A DNA stretch of 36,491 nt from the NCBI GenBank assembly GCA_002726535.1, contig PBTG01000078.1, forward strand, positions 1-36,491, in the 5' to 3' direction. Numbering within the stretch: the stretch's first letter is position 1; every line of letters starts with the position of its first letter. The notes beneath the pieces were generated by a model, which was not told the origin of the DNA, searched no databases, and saw only the letters and a program-made list of their open reading frames with translations. Source of the stretch: Myxococcales bacterium. Lineage in GTDB: Bacteria; Myxococcota_A; UBA9042. The translations under genes and the position numbers were made by a program. This document shows, piece by piece, positions 24,827 to 33,622 of the stretch.

Positions 24827-26269
24827 TTACTCATTCAACTTACTCAATTTATAACGGAACTGGCGAAAACTTAGGCCGACACGAGCGGCTGCGTCGGTTT
24901 TGTTTTGCGAGGTGTGATCGAGAGCGCTTTGCAACACTGCGCGCTCCACATCCGACAATAAGGTTTCAAGCTCAACGTTGTGACCGGCTTGGGAAAGCCA
25001 GTGATCAATCCCTTGAGCAAATTGTTCGGTGAGAGACTCTGGCGACAACTCACTCGTAGCGAGGCCAGTGCTCTCAACTGTCACGGGCTGAAAAACCCCC
25101 GAGGACCCTGGGTCAGGTAAATAAGTCGCCGTGACGATAGACTCAGTCTCAAGCGCGACCGCCCTTTCGATGATGTTCTCTAGCTCACGGACGTTGCCGG
25201 CATAGCTCAATTGCTTGAGAACGCGCACAGCCTGATCATCAAATCCTTGCAGCTGTCTGCCCATACGTCGATTCATGCGTTCGAGAAAGTGCTCGGCTAA
25301 TGGGGCGATGTCTTCTTTGCGGTCTCGAAGAGCTGGCAGACGAATCTCGATGACGTTTAAGCGGTAATACAAATCCGCGCGGAAAGTCCCGGACTGGATG
25401 GCTTTACGCAAATCTTTGTGAGTCGCGGCGACGACGCGCACATCGATCTCAACCTCATCGGTGCTCCCGACAGGGGTGATCACCCTTTCCTGAAGGACAC
25501 GCAGCAGTTTGACCTGGAGGTTGAGCGACAGTTCGCCGATCTCATCGAGAAACAACGTACCGCCATGAGCCGCCTCAAAGAGACCTTTCTTGTCTTTCGA
25601 AGCGCCTGTGAAGGCGCCTTTGACGTGACCGAATAGCTCACTTTCCATCAGTTGGTCTGGAATCGCTCCGCAGTTGATGGCCACGAAGGGTTTGGGCGCT
25701 CGTTCACTTTGATGATGCAGCATCCGAGCCACAACCTCTTTACCAGTTCCACTCTCTCCGAGTAGCAAGACGTTGGAGGGCGTAGGGGCGACCCGAGCGA
25801 TCATCCCCTCAACCTCAGCCATCGCGCTGCTGCAATAGGTCAACGAGACGGTCTGTTTACCGCTTGATTTGAGCGCTTCTCGCAGTTGAGCATTCTCACG
25901 AACGAGCGAGCCCTTTTCCATGCACTTGTCGATGACCACCCTGACAGCGTCGAGCTGGAAAGGCTTGATCACGTAATCATAGGCGCCGCGCCGCATGGCC
26001 TCTAAGGCTGTTTCAGTTGAGGAATACGCGGTCATGACAATGACTTGGGTCTCAATCCCTCGCTCTTTGATCTCGCTGAGTAAGTCCAATCCATCCATCC
26101 GTGGCATACGAATGTCAGTCAACACCACTTCAAACGAAGTCTTTTCGAGGACCTCAAGGGCTCGCAGACCGTTGCTGGCGACTTCAACGTCGTGGCCTTC
26201 CTTACGGAGAAATATGGTCAGAAATTGTCGTAGAGACAAATCGTCATCCACAATCAAAAGCTTTGCCAT
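24827..26269 (-). CDS. pilR: sigma54-dependent NtrC-family response regulator PilR
   Basis: Receiver (IVDDD, TDIRMP), AAA+ GESGTGKE, ESELFGHVKGAFTGA, FLDEIGE, FRADLYYRL, GNVRELEN and C-terminal HTH; lies between pilS and pilA. Confidence 0.9.
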   Translation of the reverse strand: MAKLLIVDDDLSLRQFLTIFLRKEGHDVEVASNGLRALEVLEKTSFEVVLTDIRMPRMDGLDLLSEIKERGIETQVIVMTAYSSTETALEAMRRGAYDYVIKPFQLDAVRVVIDKCMEKGSLVRENAQLREALKSSGKQTVSLTYCSSAMAEVEGMIARVAPTPSNVLLLGESGTGKEVVARMLHHQSERAPKPFVAINCGAIPDQLMESELFGHVKGAFTGASKDKKGLFEAAHGGTLFLDEIGELSLNLQVKLLRVLQERVITPVGSTDEVEIDVRVVAATHKDLRKAIQSGTFRADLYYRLNVIEIRLPALRDRKEDIAPLAEHFLERMNRRMGRQLQGFDDQAVRVLKQLSYAGNVRELENIIERAVALETESIVTATYLPDPGSSGVFQPVTVESTGLATSELSPESLTEQFAQGIDHWLSQAGHNVELETLLSDVERAVLQSALDHTSQNKTDAAARVGLSFRQFRYKLSKLNE

Positions 26270-26341
26270 TTGACCTATCTCCTGTGCCTATCTCCTCAAC
26301 CATATGTTGCCCAGTAGGCAGGGCACAAGCTCCGTACCAGA

Positions 26342-28090
26342 CTAAGATGCTGAACGATGTGCAGAACCTTCTTTACGTCGATTGCGAGGGATTTTCACAG
26401 TAAATACCGCCCCTCCCAGGGCCGCTTCACCCACATCAACAGTCCCTTTGTGAGCCTGAACGACACGAGCGACCGTGGCCAACCCGAGTCCCGTCCCTTT
26501 GACGCGTGTTGTGTAAAAGGGCTCGAAAAGATGTTCGCGCTCTTGTGGATCGATGCCTCGGCCGCTATCGGCGACCACAATGCAAAGCTCATCTGGCTCT
26601 GCGGTGACGTGAACTTCAACGATGCGACGGTCCACCTCAAGCACGGCATCGGTCGCGTTGCGTAGTAGGTTCCAAACCAAAGCGGAGAGCGCTTTGCGAT
26701 CGCCGCGAATCCCACCATCTTCACAGTTAATACGAATCCGTAGATCAACGTTTGCGTCGGTCACGAGTGGATCTTTTTCCATCGCAGCCAAGGTGTCCTG
26801 AATCAACTCAAGCATGTCAAAGGACTCCATCGTCACGCTTCCAGGCTTGGCATAATCGAGGAACTCACCAATCCAGGCTGAGAGATTCTCTGTCTCTCGG
26901 ATGGCGATGTCCATGAGGCGGCGGTCTTCATCATCGGCGTTATCGTCGACATTGAGCATCTGAATGGAGCCGCTGATAGAGGCCAGTGGATTGCGAATCT
27001 CATGAGCGATCGCCATGGCCATTGCACCGACGGTAGCGAGCCGTTCACGGTTGAGGTGCTCACGCTCACGCTGCCGAATTTTGGTCACATCACGAATCAA
27101 CAAGAGCGACTCCCCCGTCGGGCGGCCATCAGCATCTCGCAAAATTTCTCCACGCATGGCGATGATCTGCTCATCGCCCGCGATATCATCGCGCGACAAC
27201 TCTTCGGTCTGACTGCTGCGTGGAATCTCGACGGTCTGAACCGGCATGATCGGATCCCAGTCAAGCTCTGGCAATAAGGTTTTGAGAGATTGATCGACCA
27301 CCTGCTGAGTCTCCAATCCCAAAATTCTCAAAAAAGCCGGGTTCGCTGTTCGAACTTGTCCATCCCGAGCGATGGTCGCGAGACCATCAGGTAAAGACGA
27401 CCAGACGTCCTCGTACCGGACTCGCAAGGCAGCCAGTTCTCGGCGTTCAGTGACAGCTCGCTGTCGAGCCCGATTGAGTTCGATCACGAGCTGAGAACTC
27501 AATAGAGCTGTACCCAAGAGCGCTGCCATCAGCACCGCGGCCTGGACGACGATCTCAAAGCCCGTCTTGGGTAACTCGCGGATACCCAACTCTCGCAGCC
27601 AAGCAACGGTCCATGGCTCTAGATCGAAGGTTAAAATTCCAGCATCTAGCAGGCTAATAACCACCACAAATGCAGAGCACAGCCCCGCTGCAATCAGCGC
27701 TCCTGGCCGCTCCAAAAGAGCGGCTCCACCGAGGACCGCTAAGGGCAAGCCAAACAAAAAGACGCTCTCAGTCGCGTGAGAGATTGTCACCAAAGACACA
27801 GCGAAGAGCACATCCAAGCCAACAGAGGCCCATGCGAGCGCATAGTGAATCTTTTGGGGCAGCAAATAGGTGGCTAGAAGCACAATAAATGTGAAGCAAA
27901 AGAAGGCCGTAATGAGCTTATACAGAACGACTTCCGGAACTTGAGTGATGGGCAGAGGGCCTAAACCCAAATCCATCGCAATGCCAAAAGCCAACAGAGC
28001 CGACAGAGCGATGACCCGGGCGAAGGTCTCCCACTTGATCCGCTCAGCGAAGCGATTTCGGCTCTCGATGCCTGGCGTGTACTCGCTCAG
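26342..28090 (-). CDS. pilS: membrane sensor histidine kinase PilS (start uncertain: CTG 28090 proposed, ORF track TTG 27994)
   Basis: Multi-TM N-terminus, PAS domain, H-box AHEIRNPL, NLLRNA, DSGRGI, FEPFYTT, GTGLGL. The frame stays open upstream of 27994 and encodes RIKWETFARVIALSALL, the start of the first TM helix. Confidence 0.85.
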   Translation of the reverse strand: MSEYTPGIESRNRFAERIKWETFARVIALSALLAFGIAMDLGLGPLPITQVPEVVLYKLITAFFCFTFIVLLATYLLPQKIHYALAWASVGLDVLFAVSLVTISHATESVFLFGLPLAVLGGAALLERPGALIAAGLCSAFVVVISLLDAGILTFDLEPWTVAWLRELGIRELPKTGFEIVVQAAVLMAALLGTALLSSQLVIELNRARQRAVTERRELAALRVRYEDVWSSLPDGLATIARDGQVRTANPAFLRILGLETQQVVDQSLKTLLPELDWDPIMPVQTVEIPRSSQTEELSRDDIAGDEQIIAMRGEILRDADGRPTGESLLLIRDVTKIRQREREHLNRERLATVGAMAMAIAHEIRNPLASISGSIQMLNVDDNADDEDRRLMDIAIRETENLSAWIGEFLDYAKPGSVTMESFDMLELIQDTLAAMEKDPLVTDANVDLRIRINCEDGGIRGDRKALSALVWNLLRNATDAVLEVDRRIVEVHVTAEPDELCIVVADSGRGIDPQEREHLFEPFYTTRVKGTGLGLATVARVVQAHKGTVDVGEAALGGAVFTVKIPRNRRKEGSAHRSAS

Positions 28091-29292
28091 TGATCTGCCA
28101 TGGTGAAGATGGGCATATACATACCCAACATGATGGTACCGATGATCCCACCGAGAACCACCATGATGAGCGGCTCCATCACAGCACTCATACCGTCTAC
28201 AGCATCATCGACCTCGTCGTCGTAAAAGTCGGCGATCTTCGCCAACATGACGTCCATCGCACCGGTTGCCTCTCCCACCGCGATCATTTGAACAACCATT
28301 CGCGGAAATACCTGTGTTTCCATCAAAGGTCCTGTGACGTTCTTACCTTCTTGGATTCGTCCGCGCGTGTATTCGATCGCACGTTCGATCACTTGGTTGC
28401 CGGCGGTCTTACTGACGACTTGCAAGGCATCGAGAATGGGCACACCAGCACTAATCAAGGTCCCCAAGGTTCGGGTAAAGCGAGCCACAGCTCCTTTTCG
28501 GAGTACCGGGCCGACCACAGGCGAGCGATAGAGTGCCAAATCACGGTAATAGGTCATATTCGGGACCTTCATCAGCAACTTCCAGCCAATAATCGTCCCA
28601 ATCAGAGCAGCGAACATGTGAGGCATATACGACACAAAGTTGTCCGAAATGGCCACCAACATCTCGGTGATCGCAGGTAACGAACTTTTTCCCATCGATT
28701 TAAATGTACCAGCAAAGGTTGGCACCACCTTCCAAAGCAGGCCGGCGGTAATCGAAAGCGCTGCAATCAGAACCGTCACCGGATACTTCATCGCACCTTT
28801 GATCTTCGCTCGCGTCGCAGCAGCCTTTTCGATGTACTCCGCCAAGCGATTCATAATCGTGTCGATAATGCCGCCCAGTTCACCAGCTCTAATCAAGTTG
28901 ACGTAGAGTTCCTCGAACACTTTGGGGTGCCTGGCCAGTGCATCTGAAAAAGATGAGCCGCCCTCTACGCTAGCTTTAACCGCCAAAAGGGTCTTTTTCA
29001 GTTGTGGATTCGGCTCTTGATTCCCGAGCAAATCTAAAGCCTTAATTAGCGGTAGACCAGCATCGATCATGGTCGCCATCTGACGCGTGAACACGACCAT
29101 CGACTTAAGCGGCACCTTGTCGGTGATGCCCGGAATGACAATCTCGAAATCATTTCGTTGTTTTTTGAGTTGAAAGGGCTTGATGCCGATCGAACTCAGC
29201 TTGGTCTTGGCTTCTTCTTTGGACTCAGCCTCGATTTCACCCTGACGAAACTCGCCTTCGGTACTGTTTCCTTCATATTCCCAAATCGCCAT
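28087..29292 (-). CDS. pilC: type IV pilus inner-membrane platform protein PilC (T2SS F family)
   Basis: FTRQMATMIDAGLPL, VEGGSSFSDAL, AGELGG, AMKYP, ARFTRTLGTLISAGVPILDAL, MIAVGEATG, MEPLIMVVLG, MYMPIF. Confidence 0.95.
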   Translation of the reverse strand: MAIWEYEGNSTEGEFRQGEIEAESKEEAKTKLSSIGIKPFQLKKQRNDFEIVIPGITDKVPLKSMVVFTRQMATMIDAGLPLIKALDLLGNQEPNPQLKKTLLAVKASVEGGSSFSDALARHPKVFEELYVNLIRAGELGGIIDTIMNRLAEYIEKAAATRAKIKGAMKYPVTVLIAALSITAGLLWKVVPTFAGTFKSMGKSSLPAITEMLVAISDNFVSYMPHMFAALIGTIIGWKLLMKVPNMTYYRDLALYRSPVVGPVLRKGAVARFTRTLGTLISAGVPILDALQVVSKTAGNQVIERAIEYTRGRIQEGKNVTGPLMETQVFPRMVVQMIAVGEATGAMDVMLAKIADFYDDEVDDAVDGMSAVMEPLIMVVLGGIIGTIMLGMYMPIFTMADH

Positions 29293-29333
29293 CTCGCCCC
29301 CTCAGACCGCCCTCAGCAAATTCGTTGCTCTAG

Positions 29334-29362
29334 ATCATACCGAGGCTTGGGGCTGACGTCAC
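29334..29362 (-). promoter_or_regulatory. candidate sigma70-type promoter of pilC
   Basis: Minus strand GTGACG-N17-TATGAT (-35 at 29357-29362, -10 at 29334-29339); palindrome TGACGTCA (29354-29361) overlaps the -35. Confidence 0.55.
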
Positions 29363-29369
29363 GGGTTCA

Positions 29370-30884
29370 TCATTTCTCCGGGCTACGAGATCCGCGCCGA
29401 GAGGGTTTGCGACGACTGCCGTGACGTTCGACAACTCGCTGGGCTTCGCGTCTCACCTCTTCACGTCTCTTTACGGCGTAGTAGCGTTTTTTCGCCATCT
29501 GAGTGGCTGTCTTGTGATCAACGAGCGGCAGAGGATACTGGTGTTCAAGCTTGATGCCCGCCAATTTCAGTTCCAGTGCAGAGGCTTGCCATGGTGCTGC
29601 GATGAGTGCCGTTGGTAACTCCGCGAGTTCGGGTACCCACTGTCGGATAAATGAGCCTGTTGCGTCATGATCTCGAGCTTGCTTTACCGGCGAGTAAATT
29701 CGAGTCGCATTGATTCCAGTTGTGCCTGCCTGCATCTGGCATTGGCTGTAGTGAATGCCGGGCTCATAGTCCAAAAACAGCGGTGCCAGCCACAACGCGA
29801 CCGGACGCCAGTGGAGCCATAGGTCCCAACAAGCAAAAGAGATCAACATCGCGCGCATTCGGAAGTTCAACCATCCTGTCGCAGTCAGACTTCGCACGCA
29901 TGCATCGACCATCGGATAGCCCGTTCGGCCTTCGATGAGCGCCTCAAAGGCAACAGGATCGTGGTCCCCTTCGCGTAGCCCATCATAACCACGGTGGATG
30001 TTGTGGTGTTCTATTTCAGGCTCAGACTCAAATTTTTGAATAAAATGGCAGTGCCATCGCAACCGAGACTGAAAGCTGCTCAAGGACGCTACCCAGCGCG
30101 GATCGGACAAGGCCCCAGCGGCTCGCTGCGCCTTGACCTGGCGTTGGCGTTCGGAGGTGAGTTGATGGACTTGTCGAACACTGAGATTGCCCCAAGCGAG
30201 ATAAGGACTGATGCGGGAGCACCCCTTGGAGCCAGTCAATGGACTCGACATGTCCTTTCGATAATTGGCTCCCCGCTGATGGAGAAAGCTCTCAAGCGTC
30301 TGTAACGCGCTATCTTCTCCTCCTTGTTGGGAGGATCCCAGCCTTTGTTTTGATAGGCCAAGGGTTGAAGCAGTCGGTGGGTGTTCGGGAGGTAGCGGAG
30401 AGTCAAGACCAACGGGAGCTTGGACGATTTTACGCTTCATCCGTTTTTGCCAGATACCACTCCAACCATCTCTGGATGCCAGTCTGCGAACGACCCCGTT
30501 ATTCGGCTCTTCATGCCATTGCACACCTTTTTCTCGACACCAACGAGCCACGGTTCGATCACGCTCAAAGGTCCATTGGACACCGGTTTCCTCATGACTC
30601 CACAAGTCTGTAAATCGCAGTGAGTCATAGAGCGAATCTAAGACCTCAAGAGCGGTGCCTACCCGAACGATTAAGGCTCCGCCCCGTTGCTCCAGTGAAC
30701 TGGCTAATGAAAGCAGAGACTGACGAGCGAAATCGAAATGAGCTCGGTCAAAATCAGGTGACAACAGCCACTGTGGCTCGATGATGAAAAGACCAACAAC
30801 GGGGCCACGCGCTGCAGCGCTACGTAAGGGTGTGTGGTCTCGCACACGCAAATCTTTCTTGAACCACACGACCTGTACGGTCAT
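29370..30884 (-). CDS. cryptochrome/DNA photolyase family flavoprotein
   Basis: [85 protein letters not shown]; basic C-terminal tail. Confidence 0.92.
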   Translation of the reverse strand: MTVQVVWFKKDLRVRDHTPLRSAAARGPVVGLFIIEPQWLLSPDFDRAHFDFARQSLLSLASSLEQRGGALIVRVGTALEVLDSLYDSLRFTDLWSHEETGVQWTFERDRTVARWCREKGVQWHEEPNNGVVRRLASRDGWSGIWQKRMKRKIVQAPVGLDSPLPPEHPPTASTLGLSKQRLGSSQQGGEDSALQTLESFLHQRGANYRKDMSSPLTGSKGCSRISPYLAWGNLSVRQVHQLTSERQRQVKAQRAAGALSDPRWVASLSSFQSRLRWHCHFIQKFESEPEIEHHNIHRGYDGLREGDHDPVAFEALIEGRTGYPMVDACVRSLTATGWLNFRMRAMLISFACWDLWLHWRPVALWLAPLFLDYEPGIHYSQCQMQAGTTGINATRIYSPVKQARDHDATGSFIRQWVPELAELPTALIAAPWQASALELKLAGIKLEHQYPLPLVDHKTATQMAKKRYYAVKRREEVRREAQRVVERHGSRRKPSRRGSRSPEK

Positions 30885-31069
30885 GCCTCCCTCCTTGCGG
30901 AGTTCTGCGTTGGTTTGCTACGCCCACGACGTCGGCAGCGCTCGGAGCACCACTTGACCTCATTCCAGCAACGCGACCACTTTTTTCGCCAAGAGAAGGG
31001 ACGGCCACAGGCAGGGCAGTTCTTGTGGGGACGGTGGTGCGGTCGGCGGCTCACCTCCACCTGATGCAA
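30881..31069 (-). CDS. DUF2256-type small Cys/Trp protein
   Basis: [32 protein letters not shown]; stop overlaps the photolyase start (ATGA). Exact start uncertain (TTG 31069, or GTG 31060/31054). Confidence 0.82.
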   Translation of the reverse strand: MHQVEVSRRPHHRPHKNCPACGRPFSWRKKWSRCWNEVKWCSERCRRRGRSKPTQNSARREA

Positions 31070-31097
31070 AAAAACTGCCTGAGATGCTCACAACGGC

Positions 31098-33497
31098 TTA
31101 GGGCTGTGCGGTCCAAACCTGCGCGCTACGCGCTGCGATCTCAAAGGGCAACTTGCCTTGATTAACAACCATCTTTTTCCCAGAGAACCACTCGACTAAA
31201 GCGGTTCCGTCAGCGACTGCGGGTACCGACAAGGTCCCTTTTTTCAGCTGAGCGTCGCCACGGTGGATCAGGACAATCACCAAGTCTTTATCGAGACTAC
31301 GGGACCAAGCGAGAAAGTCGGCCTCTTTCCAAAGCGGCGGACTCCAGGCCCCCGCTCGCAGCGCCGGGTGTTTCGCGCGCAATTGGCCGAGTTGCTTCAT
31401 CCACTCGAGCGTCTGCGACTCGAACGTTGACAAGGCTCCGTCGAATCGCATCATCCGACGATTGTCGGGGTCGCCGGCCCCTGGCAGACCAAACTCATCA
31501 CCGTAGTAAATCAAAGGGATGCCCGGCGTTGTGTACAGGTAAGCGAAGGCGAGCTTGAGTTGTTCATAAGCCTGTACAGAACTCGGTTGTTTGGGCGGTT
31601 TCTTCCAGCCTGCAGCTTGGTTGCTGATGATGTCCCAAATCCCACAGTCGAGACTACCTGAGGCGTGACTGATAAAGCGCGCCATGTCGTGATTGCCGAT
31701 AAAGGTCGACATCCAAGCGCCTTGATCATCATAAATTGCGCGAACCCCACGAATCACCGCGTCCATGGTGTCTAAACCGATTTGCTTCTTGGCGAATCCT
31801 TTGAGCAACTGCATGTTTGCCGGAAAGTCGAACTGAGCGTGAATTTTATCCTCGCCGACGAAGGCCTGGATGCTCTGGGCGTCGCCGGTAAAAGTCTCTC
31901 CAACAATGTAAAAATCTACGCCAGTAAGCTCCATCTCTTTGTTGGCGCGCACCCTGAGTGCTTTGACGAAAGCCATCTCAATATGTTTGACAGCGTCGAG
32001 TCGAAACCCGTCTGCGCCGACCTGCTTCGCCCACCAAAAAGCAGAACTCAAGGAGGCCTCAATGACCTGAGGATTGTCGTAATCAAGATCTGCCAGGTAG
32101 GAGGTAAACCAACAGGTCACAGGCTTGTTGTCCCAACCGACGTCTTGGCAGACCTCGGCGGGCATGTGAAACCAGCCTTTTTTACTATGTTCAATGAACC
32201 ATGGGCTCGCACTGTGTACATGATTGGCGGTGTAATCGAGTAGCACGCGAATGCCCTTGCTGTGAGCGGCGTTGACCAGATTCTTGAGCTCTTGCAGGGT
32301 GCCAAACCGCGGCTCAGTTTGGGTCGTATCCACAGGCCAATAGCCGTGGTAGCCGGTGTATTTCATCGGCGAGTATTTGGTCGTCTGTGTCCCGAGATTG
32401 CAGCCGGTGCTGTCAGGGAATAAGCCTTCTTCAGCTCCTTTGGGTTGCTCAACTGGCCAAGACAACCACAACGCCCCGACTCCCAGCGAAGTGAAATAGC
32501 CGCTATTGATTTTATCCGTGATGCCCTTGAAGTCGCCACCAGCGAAGTTCGTCGCTGGATCGACGCCAGCCACCGGATCATCGTTTTTTTGATCCCCGTT
32601 GACGAAGCGGTCGGTCATGACAAAATAAATCGTTGAGTCCCGCCAATCGGTGCTGACGCCCACATAGACCTTCAGCAACCATAGGTCTTGTCCCTGAACT
32701 CCATCGTAATGAATCCGGATATCGTGAATCCCATCGGCCAGATTGTCGATCGAGATCTTCAGCAAGCCATCTTTCCAAGATAGAGCCATTGAGGGCTTGT
32801 GATCGACGGTCATCGAGACCTCTTTGGGAGCAACCTTCCAAGCTGGGGTAGTGAAAGTCGCGACCAACGAGCTGCCTTGAATCGTGTAGCTCTGTAGCGT
32901 CAATGCCCGAGGACAAGGTTCAATGCTCAACACCGAGTTGTAACCGCCAAAGCCGTCATCGATCTTTTCGGGATTATTGGGGTCTTCGATCCAGTTGCCA
33001 TCGACGATGAACTTATACTGCCAGCTGCCTGGGGTGAGTTGCTGGGTGACCTGCCAGACTCCATCGCCATCGTCGTCGCTCAGGACAGCCGCTGTCGCTG
33101 AGTCAGAGGCCCAGCCGTTAAAGCTCCCTGAGAGCAAAACCTGTTTCGGTGACGATGTCGGTTGGTAACTAAAGACTATTTGACCGCATGGCACCACGTC
33201 GCTTTGCCCCGATCCATCCATCTCGCCGGCATCATGAGTGCAACCATCCGCTGCAAGACCCTCGCTATCCTTAGCGTCCTCAACAGTCGCATCGTCTGTT
33301 GAGGCGTTCGAGTCGTCCTGGCTCGTATCGATCATCAGGGTGTCCGTCGAGGCAATGTCTGCCATCGAAGTGTCGACAAGCACATCGGTCACGGCCTCAA
33401 CGTCGCTGTCTGGCTCCGCAGCCGTTACCTGCTGATCAGGGCTCGAGCAAGTCAAGAACATCAAAACAATGAGATATGGGGCAACTGAATGGTTCAT
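31098..33497 (-). CDS. GH13 alpha-amylase family lipoprotein with N-terminal CBM48-like glycogen-binding module (799 aa)
   Basis: Start moved to ATG 33497 (GGAGG upstream, putative lipobox FLT-C). Acidic linker; LSGSFNGW...YKFIVDGNWIEDPNNP (CBM48); IYFVMTDRFVNG, YHGYWP, NH, GFRLDAVKH, GE, FIGNHD, GIPLIYYGDE. Confidence 0.9.
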   Translation of the reverse strand: MNHSVAPYLIVLMFLTCSSPDQQVTAAEPDSDVEAVTDVLVDTSMADIASTDTLMIDTSQDDSNASTDDATVEDAKDSEGLAADGCTHDAGEMDGSGQSDVVPCGQIVFSYQPTSSPKQVLLSGSFNGWASDSATAAVLSDDDGDGVWQVTQQLTPGSWQYKFIVDGNWIEDPNNPEKIDDGFGGYNSVLSIEPCPRALTLQSYTIQGSSLVATFTTPAWKVAPKEVSMTVDHKPSMALSWKDGLLKISIDNLADGIHDIRIHYDGVQGQDLWLLKVYVGVSTDWRDSTIYFVMTDRFVNGDQKNDDPVAGVDPATNFAGGDFKGITDKINSGYFTSLGVGALWLSWPVEQPKGAEEGLFPDSTGCNLGTQTTKYSPMKYTGYHGYWPVDTTQTEPRFGTLQELKNLVNAAHSKGIRVLLDYTANHVHSASPWFIEHSKKGWFHMPAEVCQDVGWDNKPVTCWFTSYLADLDYDNPQVIEASLSSAFWWAKQVGADGFRLDAVKHIEMAFVKALRVRANKEMELTGVDFYIVGETFTGDAQSIQAFVGEDKIHAQFDFPANMQLLKGFAKKQIGLDTMDAVIRGVRAIYDDQGAWMSTFIGNHDMARFISHASGSLDCGIWDIISNQAAGWKKPPKQPSSVQAYEQLKLAFAYLYTTPGIPLIYYGDEFGLPGAGDPDNRRMMRFDGALSTFESQTLEWMKQLGQLRAKHPALRAGAWSPPLWKEADFLAWSRSLDKDLVIVLIHRGDAQLKKGTLSVPAVADGTALVEWFSGKKMVVNQGKLPFEIAARSAQVWTAQP

Positions 33498-33622
33498 AGC
33501 GAGCAAAACCTCCGAGTCGCGGTGCGTTAGCATAATCTTGTGGAATCTCGCAACCAAAGTTCTCCTAATCGACCTGCTCTGCACACGATCTAAGGGCCTT
33601 GGCGAATCTCCGACCATGCTCC

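Noticed and set aside
26342-29292. PilC-PilS fusion broken by a frameshift, or programmed frameshifting
   Set aside because: PilC is full length with a normal MPIF C-terminal motif and there is no slippery sequence at the junction; a coupled start explains the layout more simply.
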